The notes below the pieces were generated by a model. It did no database searches and was not told the origin of the DNA. It saw nothing but the letters and a program-made list of their open reading frames with translations. A stretch of 64,000 bases of DNA. Origin: an uncultured virus (IMG/VR IMGVR_UViG_2617271265_000001). Its lineage: Duplodnaviria > Heunggongvirae > Uroviricota > Caudoviricetes. Both the position numbers and the translations under genes were made by a program. The stretch lies in IMG/VR virus record IMGVR_UViG_2617271265_000001. The stretch is one strand, 5' to 3'. Every line of letters starts with the position of its first letter. Within the stretch, counting starts at the first letter, position 1. Shown here one piece after another: positions 29,349 through 38,531 of this stretch.

Positions 29349-29918
29349 ATGACGGATAAAACCACCCGCGGACGCGCCAGTAAAGTGGATTTGTTGCCGC
29401 CGAATATCAAAACCCAACTGGCGATGATGTTGCGCGATAAACAATTTTCACAGGCGGAAATCTTGGAAGAGATTAACGATTTAATCCGTGATTGCGGGCT
29501 GCCGGAAAGTGCCTGTTTAAGTAAAACGGGACTCAATCGTTATGCCAGCCGAATGGAAAAAGTGGGCGCAAAAATTCGGCAAGCCCGTGAAGTGGCTGAA
29601 GTGTGGACGCGTCAATTTGGTGACATGCCGCAAACCGACATTGGTAAAACGGTAATTGAGCTGGTGAAACACCTTGCTTTTGAAATGTCGTCGCAATATG
29701 CCGAAAAAGGCATTGCCGAACCGAAAGAGTTGGCAATGTTGGCGGTCACAGTTCAACGCTTGGAGCAGGCGGAAAGTCTATCCCATAAACGTGAACAAGC
29801 AATTCGCAAAGAAATGGCGCAATTAGCGGCAGAAACTGCAGAAAAAGTGGTGGTGCAAGCAGGATTATCCGCTGACACTGTCAAAACAATTAAAGAGCAG
29901 ATTTTAGGTATTGCGTAA
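29349..29918 (+). CDS. Terminase small subunit (Mu gp27/DUF3486-like)
   Basis: RGRASKVDLLP, LSKTGLNRYA, IKEQILGI. Confidence 0.85.
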   Translation: MTDKTTRGRASKVDLLPPNIKTQLAMMLRDKQFSQAEILEEINDLIRDCGLPESACLSKTGLNRYASRMEKVGAKIRQAREVAEVWTRQFGDMPQTDIGKTVIELVKHLAFEMSSQYAEKGIAEPKELAMLAVTVQRLEQAESLSHKREQAIRKEMAQLAAETAEKVVVQAGLSADTVKTIKEQILGIA

Positions 29919-31477
29919 TGGCATTATTAAATAACAGACCGTTAAATGAATTATCCCCTGAATGCCAGTCATTTCTTAATGCCATTCATGCGTTTAATCC
30001 ATTGGAGCTGTTACTGGGTTATCAAAAGCGTTGGATTGCAGATGAAAGCCAACTAAAAATTGCCGAGAAAACTCGGCGATGTGGCTTAACTTGGGCGGAG
30101 GCGTCAGATAATTCTTTAGCGGCAAGTACTAAGCGTAGAGATGGAGGCGATAATGTATTTTATGTGGGGTCAAACAAAGAGATGGCACGTGAATACATTG
30201 ATGCTGCAGCAATGTGGTCAAAAGCATTCAACTATGCAGCAAGCGAAACGCAAGAAGAAGTCTTAACCGATGAAAAAGAAGGGAAAGATATTCTCACTTT
30301 TGTGATCCATTTTGCATCAGGTTTTAAGATTAAAGCATTATCTAGCCGACCATCAAATTTACGCGGTATGCAAGGTATTGTTGTAATTGATGAAGCTGCT
30401 TTCCATGATGATTTAGCTGCTTTGCTTAAAGCTGCTCTTGCTTTAACTATGTGGGGGTCTAAAGTCAGAATTATCTCAACACACAACGGTGCAGATAACC
30501 TATTTAATCGACTGATCCAAGATAGCCGTGCAGGTCGTAAACGTTATTCTGTTCATACAATCACTATTGAAGATGCGTGTCGTGATGGACTGTATCAACG
30601 CATTTGCCAAGTAACTAAACAAACGTGGTCGCCTGAGAAGGAAAAAGAGTGGATTGATAATCTACTCAATGATACGGCAAGCGAAGAAGATGCCCTTGAA
30701 GAGTATTTCTGTGTTCCGAAAAATTGTTCAGGTTTATGGCTTTCTCGGGCGTTAATTGAACGCCAAATGAGCGAAGACACGCCAGTTGTTCGAATGACGG
30801 CAAAAGATGGTTTTAGCCTTGTGCCAGAACCGACTCGTTATACGGAAATACAAGACTGGTGTAACAAAACGCTAAAACCTGTACTGGAAACCTTAGACGA
30901 TACGCAACTACATTTTTTAGGCGAAGACTTTGCTCGTAGCGGCGATATGACTTCTTTTGTGGTATTAGCTCAACAACAAAATCTAATCAAAAGCGTCCGC
31001 TTTATTGTGGAGCTAGGCAATATGCCTTATAAGCAACAAGAGCAAATTGTACTGTTTATTCTCAAACATTTACCACGTTTTGCAGGGGCTGCCTTTGATG
31101 CTCGTGGTAATGGCGGATATTTAGCAGAGTCGGCACGTGATGAGTACAGTTCACTCATTGATTGTGTGCAATTATCTGAAAAATGGTATCGGGAACATAC
31201 TGCGCCATTTAAAGCAGCATTAGAAGATGGCGAGTTAGACAGCATTCCAAAAGATGCCGATATTCTTGCTGATTTACGCTCGTTCCAAGTTGTAAAAGGC
31301 GTACCACGTATTCCTGATAAACGGACTAAAAGCAGTGATGGCAAAACCAAACGCCACGGCGACACCGCAATTTCATTACTACTTGCCCATTATGCGAGTC
31401 GTCAATTAGTACAAATGCCTATCGCTCCACTGGCACGTTGCCCACGCCGTAGCCGACAACTAACAGAAGGATATTAA
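29918..31477 (+). CDS. Terminase large subunit (Mu gp28-like)
   Basis: EKTRRCGLTW, VVIDEAAFH, GEDFARSGD, RHGDTAI. Confidence 0.93.
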   Translation: MALLNNRPLNELSPECQSFLNAIHAFNPLELLLGYQKRWIADESQLKIAEKTRRCGLTWAEASDNSLAASTKRRDGGDNVFYVGSNKEMAREYIDAAAMWSKAFNYAASETQEEVLTDEKEGKDILTFVIHFASGFKIKALSSRPSNLRGMQGIVVIDEAAFHDDLAALLKAALALTMWGSKVRIISTHNGADNLFNRLIQDSRAGRKRYSVHTITIEDACRDGLYQRICQVTKQTWSPEKEKEWIDNLLNDTASEEDALEEYFCVPKNCSGLWLSRALIERQMSEDTPVVRMTAKDGFSLVPEPTRYTEIQDWCNKTLKPVLETLDDTQLHFLGEDFARSGDMTSFVVLAQQQNLIKSVRFIVELGNMPYKQQEQIVLFILKHLPRFAGAAFDARGNGGYLAESARDEYSSLIDCVQLSEKWYREHTAPFKAALEDGELDSIPKDADILADLRSFQVVKGVPRIPDKRTKSSDGKTKRHGDTAISLLLAHYASRQLVQMPIAPLARCPRRSRQLTEGY

Positions 31478-31479
31478 TT

Positions 31480-31611
31480 ATGAGATATGTACCACTTTGC
31501 TTAATGATGTGTGCAACATTTTACCTATTTATTCACAATATGAATGGCTGGGGTTGGAGCATTTTTATTTCTTTAATTTTAGCGAGTGCAGCTTATGGCA
31601 GCGAAAAATAA
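31480..31611 (+). CDS. Small membrane protein (43 aa)
   Basis: MRYVPLCLMMCATFYLFIHNMNGWGWSIFISLILAS; AAGGA RBS. Confidence 0.5.
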   Translation: MRYVPLCLMMCATFYLFIHNMNGWGWSIFISLILASAAYGSEK

Positions 31612-33055
31612 AAACCTTGTAAACGAAATCGCTACCCGAGCGAGAAGTATTGATTACTGGGCATTTGGCTATTACCTGCCAAACCCCGATCCCATTCTTA
31701 AAAAAATGGGTAAAGACATCGCAGTCTATCGCGAGTTGCTTTCCGACGGTCAAGTTCGCTCAGGCGTACGCCGTCGCAAAGCAGCCATCAAAGGCTTAGA
31801 GTGGCGAATTACGACCACCAATAATGAAAAGGTGGATGCGAAAATTTCGCAAATTTTCGACCGTTTGCCGATGAACAATATCATCACGGAAATGCTCAAT
31901 GCTACGCTTTACGGCTATCAAGTCAGCGAAGTAATGTGGGGCGAACGTGATGGCTTATTTGTGCCAGTGGAAATTATCGGCAAAAAACCTGAATGGTTTG
32001 TTTTTGATGACGAAAACCGCCTACGCTTTCGCACCAAAGAAAGCTGGGTAAATGGCGAGCTCTTGCCTGATGATAAGTTTTTATTGACTACCCAAGAAGC
32101 CACCCAAGACAACCCGTACGGCTTGGGCGATTTATCGCTCTGCTTTTGGGCGGCGACGTTCAAAAAAGGCGGCTTTAAATTTTGGTTGGAATTTACAGAA
32201 AAATACGGCTCACCGTGGATTATTGGTAAGCACCCAATCCAAAATAATGATACGGATAAAAACCGCCTTGCTGATCAGTTAGAAGCAATGATTGGTTCAG
32301 CCATTGCTGTTATTCCTGAAGGTAGTAGCGTCGAAATCAAAGAAGCCGCAGGTAAATCAGCCAGCACCGATGCCTTTGAAAAATTCCTGAATTTCTGCAA
32401 GGCGGAAATCAACATCGCCTTACTCGGTCAAAACCAAACCACCGAGCAAGAAAGCAACCGCGCATCAGCCACCGCTGGGCTTGAAGTCTTAGACAGCATT
32501 CGTTCGGACGACCAAGCGATTGTCGAAGCGACTTTTAATCAGCTTTTACAATGGATTGTGAAATACAATTTCAATGTAGAACAACTGCCGAGGTTTGAGT
32601 TTTACGAGCAGGAAGAAATCAACACTGCCCAAGTAGAACGTGATACCAAGCTACATTCAATGGGTGTACTTTTTACGAAAGAATACTTCCAACGTGAATA
32701 TGGCTTTGAAGATGGCGATATTACGGTGCAAACAGAGACAGAAAATGCAGTCACAAACCCGCAAGTTTCTGAGTTTGCTGAACCCAACCACCAAGGCTTA
32801 CACCCGATTGCTGCTGGCATTATTGAACAGCTAGAAATTGAAGGCGAAAGCCACGTGGACGATTGGCTTCAATCCATTAAAGACCAACTGGGGCAAGCCG
32901 AAAGCCTAGAAGATTTTCGCAACCAACTCGACAGTTTAATCCCTGAATTGAGCTTTGCGGAATATGGCGAGTTGTTGGCGTGGGGTTCGACCGTTGCCGA
33001 ATTGGCAGGTCGCCAGTCGGTAAATGATGAGCGTAAGGCAAAAGGCGATGAGTAA
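31595..33055 (+). CDS. Portal protein (Mu gp29/DUF935-like)
   Basis: LPNPDPIL, NPYGLG, FTEKYGSP, ALLGQNQTT. Confidence 0.9.
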   Translation: MAAKNKNLVNEIATRARSIDYWAFGYYLPNPDPILKKMGKDIAVYRELLSDGQVRSGVRRRKAAIKGLEWRITTTNNEKVDAKISQIFDRLPMNNIITEMLNATLYGYQVSEVMWGERDGLFVPVEIIGKKPEWFVFDDENRLRFRTKESWVNGELLPDDKFLLTTQEATQDNPYGLGDLSLCFWAATFKKGGFKFWLEFTEKYGSPWIIGKHPIQNNDTDKNRLADQLEAMIGSAIAVIPEGSSVEIKEAAGKSASTDAFEKFLNFCKAEINIALLGQNQTTEQESNRASATAGLEVLDSIRSDDQAIVEATFNQLLQWIVKYNFNVEQLPRFEFYEQEEINTAQVERDTKLHSMGVLFTKEYFQREYGFEDGDITVQTETENAVTNPQVSEFAEPNHQGLHPIAAGIIEQLEIEGESHVDDWLQSIKDQLGQAESLEDFRNQLDSLIPELSFAEYGELLAWGSTVAELAGRQSVNDERKAKGDE

Positions 33056-34316
33056 ATTTACCTTTGAAAACCAAGCCAAATACTTTGAGAAAAAACTCAA
33101 CCTTAAAACCAACAGCTATTTGGATATTTTGGGCGAAGAACACGACTATTTTTTCGTGGTTGCTGGAGCGAACCGCAACGAAGTGCTAACCGAATTTCGC
33201 CAAGCAATCGATGAGGCAATTCTTAACGGTGAAACTTTGGAAAGTTTCCGCAAGCGTTTTGATGAAATCGTGGCAAAAACCGGCTGGGAATATAACGGCG
33301 GTCGCAACTGGCGAACACGGATTATTTACGACACCAACGTTTATAGCTCGTATAACCGAGGACGATTACAACAGCACCTAGAGCTTGCTGAAAATATGCC
33401 CTATTGGGAATATCAACACAACGATAATGCTCACCCACGTTTGGAACATATGGCGTGGGACGGTTTAGTGTTGCGTTATGACGACCCGTGGTGGCGTTAT
33501 CATTACCCTGTGAAAGCCTACGGTTGTCACTGCACCGTGATTGCCCACGATGAGATGGACTTAGACCACTACGGCAAAAAGCTCGGCACCGCACCACCTG
33601 TTGAAATGGAACAGAAAACCGTGGGCATTCGTTCTGGCAATCCACGCACGGTAACTATTCCCAAAGGCACGGACGTGGGCTTCACACCCCATAACTTTGA
33701 GAATATCAAAGCAGGCAGAAATACCAGTATTGACAGCGTGCTAATGCAAAAGCTCGTTACTGCCGAGCCGAAGTTCGCGAGTTTGCTCGTAGAAAACATT
33801 TTGCAACGACCGCAAGCGGTGGCGATGTTAAATTTGGCAATGAAAGATATGGTGGATAAGGTTGCCGTTGAGAAAGTGGCCCGTGGCTCAATGAAATATG
33901 TGGGCGTTGTGCCACCTGATGTCATCACCAAACTTGAAGCAAAAGAACTCTCACCGCAAACGGCAGTCATTGCTGTACGTGATGAAGATGTGTTGCACGC
34001 TTTGCGTGATACAAAACAAGGCAAAGGCATTAACTTGCCTATTGAGTTTTGGGAGAATTTACCCGAAAAGTTACGTAGCCCAACGGCTATTTTGCTTGAT
34101 ACAACTCAGGCTAAGAATGCTTTGATTTTTGTTTATGATGATGACGCTGGCAAAGTGTTAGTGACAATGGACTATTCAGTCAAAATCAAAGACCCTATTT
34201 CAAAAACGAAACAGCGTGCAGAATTGAATATTGTAAAAACAGGTGGCTTAATTACGCAGGAAAATGAGTGGAAAAATTTGAAAAATGCGTATGAGATTTT
34301 GTGGGGAGAATTATAG
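33048..34316 (+). CDS. MuF (gp30) head morphogenesis protein with C-terminal extension
   Basis: TRIIYDTN, PYWEY..HPRLEH.AWDG, P..YGCHC MuF core, followed by ~190 extra residues. Confidence 0.9.
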   Translation: MSKFTFENQAKYFEKKLNLKTNSYLDILGEEHDYFFVVAGANRNEVLTEFRQAIDEAILNGETLESFRKRFDEIVAKTGWEYNGGRNWRTRIIYDTNVYSSYNRGRLQQHLELAENMPYWEYQHNDNAHPRLEHMAWDGLVLRYDDPWWRYHYPVKAYGCHCTVIAHDEMDLDHYGKKLGTAPPVEMEQKTVGIRSGNPRTVTIPKGTDVGFTPHNFENIKAGRNTSIDSVLMQKLVTAEPKFASLLVENILQRPQAVAMLNLAMKDMVDKVAVEKVARGSMKYVGVVPPDVITKLEAKELSPQTAVIAVRDEDVLHALRDTKQGKGINLPIEFWENLPEKLRSPTAILLDTTQAKNALIFVYDDDAGKVLVTMDYSVKIKDPISKTKQRAELNIVKTGGLITQENEWKNLKNAYEILWGEL

Positions 34317-34317
34317 C

Positions 34318-34394
34318 ACACGGTGGTTTGCCTGATTCGAACAGGATCATACGGGCGAAACCGCAACCTTTCCAGTAGGAAACCCCCACCGTGT
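34318..34394 (-). ncRNA. Putative tRNA-like cloverleaf small RNA
   Basis: 9-bp closing stem ACACGGTGG/CCACCGTGT enclosing three hairpins, including CCTG-TTCGAAT-CAGG (T-loop consensus); promoter immediately upstream. Confidence 0.6.
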
Positions 34395-34399
34395 TTTCC

Positions 34400-34428
34400 A
34401 CTATACGCCACTCAAATTTGAAAGGCAA
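34400..34428 (-). promoter_or_regulatory. sigma70-type promoter for the cloverleaf RNA
   Basis: TTGCCT-17 nt-TATAGT; predicted +1 at ~34393-34394. Confidence 0.65.
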
Positions 34429-34432
34429 TACT

Positions 34433-34897
34433 ATGATTAAAATTACTTTAGACGACACGCAAGCAGTCAAATCTTTAAGAGAAATTGCAAGCCAACTGCA
34501 AAAACCACGCCGTTTATATGGCATTTTAGGTGAAACTTTAAAGAAAATCCACACCGACCGTTTTAAGGCAGAAACCGACCCCGAAGATAAGAAGTGGAAA
34601 CGGCTTTCAGACCGCACGCTTGCACTCAAACGCAAGCGTGGTAAATCTACCAAGATTTTGCGTCAAGATGGTTACCTTGCAGATAAGACTGCTTACAATG
34701 TCAGTAATGACAGTGTTGAATTTGGTTCGCAAGAAATCTACGCAAGGTTACATCAATTTGGTGGTAAAGCTGGGCGTAGTAAAAAAGTAAACATTCCGGC
34801 TCGCCCGTGGCTCGGCGCAGGTGAGAAAGACGAGCAATTACTATTACGCAAAGCAGAGTGGCATTTAAGCCAAATTATCAGTCGAATGGGGAGATAA
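34433..34897 (+). CDS. Virion morphogenesis protein (Mu gpG-like)
   Basis: RFKAETDP..KWK.LS, YARLHQFGG, IPARPWLG. Confidence 0.9.
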   Translation: MIKITLDDTQAVKSLREIASQLQKPRRLYGILGETLKKIHTDRFKAETDPEDKKWKRLSDRTLALKRKRGKSTKILRQDGYLADKTAYNVSNDSVEFGSQEIYARLHQFGGKAGRSKKVNIPARPWLGAGEKDEQLLLRKAEWHLSQIISRMGR

Positions 34898-35067
34898 TCC
34901 CCAAAAATCAAAAATAACGCATAAAACCGCCTACGTGGCGTTTTTGTGTTAATTAAATGAATTTATCATTTTAAAAAATTTAAACGCTATAAAAACGATT
35001 TAAACGGCATTTAAACGGTATTGTAGTTCATTTTAAATATCCATTCCTCTATACCTCATTTCAAAAC

Positions 35068-35111
35068 TTTAAACGACTTTAAAAGCGGTTTTCTCACCGA
35101 CTAATTATTAT
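35068..35111 (+). promoter_or_regulatory. Putative late promoter 2 (protease/capsid operon)
   Basis: TTTAAA-CGAC-TTTAAA-N22-TATTAT. Confidence 0.7.
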
Positions 35112-35131
35112 TGCCCCATAACGGAGGCAAT

Positions 35132-36241
35132 ATGACCCAAATCGAAATTTTCAAAGCAGGTAAACGATACGATGCCAAAGGAAAGCTCATCGAAATTACC
35201 GTCGACCAACTTAAACAAACCGTCGAAACCTACAACCCAGAATTTCACGAAGCACCGTTGGTGATCGGGCACCCAAAAGCCAATAACCCGGCATGGGGCT
35301 GGGTGAAAGGCTTAAGCCTTGACGGTGATGTACTGAAAGCCGATGTGGATAAAGTGGACGCCGAATTTGCCGAAATGGTGAAAAGCGGCAAATTCAAAAA
35401 AGTTTCTGCGGCATTTTATCTGCCGGACAGCCCGAATAATCCGCACAAAGGCGTACTGTCACTGCGCCACGTGGGATTTCTGGGGGCAATGCCCCCGGCC
35501 GTTAAGGGCTTGAAACAGGTGGAATTCGCCGAAGATGACGACTTCCTGGAATTCAGCGACTGGGGGCAAGCCAGCCTGTTCAGCCGTCTGCGCGAATGGA
35601 TTATCGGCAAGTTCGGCATTGAAGACGCCGACAAAGCCCTACCCCACTTTGAAGTGGAATGGTTGAAAGAAGACGCGATGCGCGACCAGATTCAGAAACA
35701 GGTGCAGTCCGAACAAGTCACACCTGAACCGATTTTTAACGAACCCCAGCAACCCGAAGGAGAAACTGGAATGACACCTGAAGAAATCGAAGCCTTAAAG
35801 GCGGAGAACGAAAAACTGAAAGCAGAAAAAGCGAAAGCGGAAGCCGCCCAGGCGGAAGCGGCGTTGGCGGTGGAAAAAGCCGGTAATGCGGAATTTGCCG
35901 AAGGCTTGGTTAAACAGGGCAAACTTGCCCCGGTCGTGAAAGACGCTTTAGTGCGCGCACTCGACAATCTTGCCGACCTGAAAGCGGGGAAAGACCCGGA
36001 ATTCGGGGAAGGCGAAGAACAGGACGTATTAAGCCAATTTAAGACCGCACTTTCGCAATCGCCGAAAATCATTGAATTCGGTGAAGTGGCGACCTCGGAC
36101 AAAACGAAAGACACGCCGCCGGACGAAGTGGAATATGCGGAAACGGACGACCCGACCCGCATTGAACTCGATCGCCGTATTCGTGCGTACATGAAAGAAC
36201 ATAATGTGGATTATGTCACCGCTTTAGGCGCCGTGAAGTAA
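35132..36241 (+). CDS. Head protease (Mu gpI-like) with probable internal scaffold start at 35771
   Basis: EAPLVIGHP..NNPAWGWV, LRHVGFLGAMPPAVKGL; GGAG-ATG MTPEEIEALK at 35771. Confidence 0.88.
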   Translation: MTQIEIFKAGKRYDAKGKLIEITVDQLKQTVETYNPEFHEAPLVIGHPKANNPAWGWVKGLSLDGDVLKADVDKVDAEFAEMVKSGKFKKVSAAFYLPDSPNNPHKGVLSLRHVGFLGAMPPAVKGLKQVEFAEDDDFLEFSDWGQASLFSRLREWIIGKFGIEDADKALPHFEVEWLKEDAMRDQIQKQVQSEQVTPEPIFNEPQQPEGETGMTPEEIEALKAENEKLKAEKAKAEAAQAEAALAVEKAGNAEFAEGLVKQGKLAPVVKDALVRALDNLADLKAGKDPEFGEGEEQDVLSQFKTALSQSPKIIEFGEVATSDKTKDTPPDEVEYAETDDPTRIELDRRIRAYMKEHNVDYVTALGAVK

Positions 36242-36283
36242 TTGACACGTTAATCCTATCAATATCAACCAAAGGAAACAAAA

Positions 36284-37228
36284 ATGGCAGGACAAAAAGT
36301 AACAACGCGCCTAACAGATCCCGTCTTAACGCAATATGCGTTGGGTTATCACAACAATGAATTCGTGGGCGAATTATTATTGCCAATCGCCGACGTACCG
36401 AAAGAAGGCGCACGCTTGCCTAAATTCGGTAAAGAAGCTTTTGTCACTGAAAACGACGAACGCGAATTGCATGCGGCAAGCAATAAAATCACGCCGGCAA
36501 AAGTCACTACGGAAGACATCGCATTAGGCGAAAAAGATTTAGCCTATCCGATTGATTACCGCGAAGGTAAAGAAGCGGACTTCGACTATGAACAATTTGC
36601 CATCGATTTAGTGATGGAAAAAATGGCGCTGAATCGCGAATTGCGTATCAAAGCCTTAGTCACTAATGAAGCCGCATACGGTGCGAAAAATAAAATCGTG
36701 TTATCCGGTACCAGCCAGTTTAGTCATGCGGATTCACAATTATTTAAAGTCTTCGATGACGCGTTCGAAGCTGTGCGCATGGCAAGCGGCAAAAGCGTGA
36801 ACCGTATTGTGATTTCCTCAAATGTCTGGAAGGCGATCCGCAACCACAAAGAAGTGCTGGAAATCTTAAAAGAACGCGGTTTGAAATCCCTTTCACCGTC
36901 ATTATTCGCCGAACTAATCAAAGGTGAAGGTCAGGACGATTTGCAAATCGCTATCGGTCGTGCAAGTTACACCACCCAATTAGACCAAGATACGCAACCG
37001 GTATGGGAAAACGACATCGTGATGGCGTACGTACCGCAAAAAGCGGCGGACGGCAAACACAAAATGTATAAACCGTCCTTCGGTTATACCTTCCGTCGTC
37101 AGGGCGCCTTTGTGGTGGACAAATACGACGAAGTGGGCGGCAAAGTGTACAACGCGCGCGCCACCGACATCAACAAAGAATATTTGTTAATGGCAGACGC
37201 CGGTTACTTAATTAAATCCGCGGTGTAA
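36284..37228 (+). CDS. Major capsid protein
   Basis: DPVLTQYALGY.N, KPSFGYT, AGYLIKSAV; position after the protease. Confidence 0.8.
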   Translation: MAGQKVTTRLTDPVLTQYALGYHNNEFVGELLLPIADVPKEGARLPKFGKEAFVTENDERELHAASNKITPAKVTTEDIALGEKDLAYPIDYREGKEADFDYEQFAIDLVMEKMALNRELRIKALVTNEAAYGAKNKIVLSGTSQFSHADSQLFKVFDDAFEAVRMASGKSVNRIVISSNVWKAIRNHKEVLEILKERGLKSLSPSLFAELIKGEGQDDLQIAIGRASYTTQLDQDTQPVWENDIVMAYVPQKAADGKHKMYKPSFGYTFRRQGAFVVDKYDEVGGKVYNARATDINKEYLLMADAGYLIKSAV

Positions 37229-37342
37229 AACTTCCGAAATTTTGACCGCACTTTAGGCAAATGCGCCGACGTCGGCGCATTTCAGAAGGATATGAGCTGA
37301 GACAGCTTAAACAGAAACAACATTACACATAAGGAAACAATC

Positions 37343-37579
37343 ATGGCAAAAGTAACTGCAACCGTAAAAGGCAGCCCGTTATTGCACAATGGCAAACGTT
37401 ATGACATCGGCGCCACTATCGAATTGGACGAAGCGCAGGCGGAAAACCTGGGGATTTATTTGGACATCGTAAAACCGGCAGAAGACGGCAATAAGCAAAC
37501 CGGCAATAAACAAACCGATGGCGGGAAAAAAACGCAACAAAAAGACGCCGGTAAAGGCGACGAATCTAAGGTTGAATAA
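37343..37579 (+). CDS. Hypothetical head-associated protein
   Basis: PLLHNGKRY.IG motif; position. Confidence 0.65.
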   Translation: MAKVTATVKGSPLLHNGKRYDIGATIELDEAQAENLGIYLDIVKPAEDGNKQTGNKQTDGGKKTQQKDAGKGDESKVE

Positions 37580-38013
37580 TGTACGTAACGATTGATGAGC
37601 TCACCACGGCATTTGCCCGTAAAACGCTGGTGCAGTTAAGCAATGACGAGCCGACGGCGACGGAGCCGAATTTAACCGTGCTGGACACTGCGATTAAAGT
37701 GGCGAACGAACGGATTGATGCGGCGTTACGTTCCCGTTACACCCTGCCGCTTACGCAGGTGCCGACGCTCATCAGTCAACACGCATTAACCCTTGCCCGC
37801 TATTGGCTCTATGCGCGCCGCCCGGAAACCAAAATGCCGGAAACCGTGAAAGAAACCTACACCCAGGCGGTGAAGGAACTGGAACAAATTGCTAACGGCA
37901 AATTGCATTTAGGCATTGCGGAAAGTGCGGTAGAAAAATCGGACGATTTACTGCCGGATAACAGCGAATACGAAGTGCGGGCAACTCAGCGCATAAATAC
38001 GGACGGATATTAA
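37579..38013 (+). CDS. Head-tail adaptor (Mu gp36-like)
   Basis: IDAAL.SRY.LPL, LARYWLY, L..IANGKLHLG. Confidence 0.85.
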   Translation: MYVTIDELTTAFARKTLVQLSNDEPTATEPNLTVLDTAIKVANERIDAALRSRYTLPLTQVPTLISQHALTLARYWLYARRPETKMPETVKETYTQAVKELEQIANGKLHLGIAESAVEKSDDLLPDNSEYEVRATQRINTDGY

Positions 38014-38015
38014 CG

Positions 38016-38522
38016 ATGTCAGCCACCCAACCAATTCTGAACGATATTGCACAATATTTGAAAGAAAATTTGCCGGAATGGGATGTGGAACTCTTTCCCA
38101 ACAATCCCGGGACGTATTCTTTATCGCATATTAACGGGGCGGTGCTGATTAGTTACCTGGCGAGTAAATTCGAAAAACCGCGTACCACGGAATCGGTGCT
38201 GCAAACCCGGCATGTTCAGGTTGCCCTAACGGTACTGACCCGTGATTTGCATGACGACGCGGGCGCGTTGAATTTACTGGATAAGTTGCGCTTGTTGATG
38301 GTGGGATTTCGCCCTGCAAACTGCACCGAATGTTGGCTGGTGAACGAATTTTTCAACGGTACCGACGAAGAAACCGGTATCTGGCAATATCAACTGATAT
38401 TGCAAACGGAAACACAACAGGTGCAACAGATCCAGGCGCCGGATTTGCCGAAATTTGTCACCGCACACTTACGCCGCGCAGATCAACCTGTGCGACCGGA
38501 TTTAAAACCTAAGAAACCATAG
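38016..38522 (+). CDS. Mu gp37-like tail terminator
   Basis: Position; GAVLISY, LVGFRP-like, WQY motifs. Confidence 0.75.
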   Translation: MSATQPILNDIAQYLKENLPEWDVELFPNNPGTYSLSHINGAVLISYLASKFEKPRTTESVLQTRHVQVALTVLTRDLHDDAGALNLLDKLRLLMVGFRPANCTECWLVNEFFNGTDEETGIWQYQLILQTETQQVQQIQAPDLPKFVTAHLRRADQPVRPDLKPKKP

Positions 38523-38531
38523 GAGAAGATT

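Noticed and set aside
34318..34394. Canonical tRNA gene
   Set aside because: No CCA end, no 7-nt anticodon loop and a non-standard D arm; kept only as a tRNA-like RNA.
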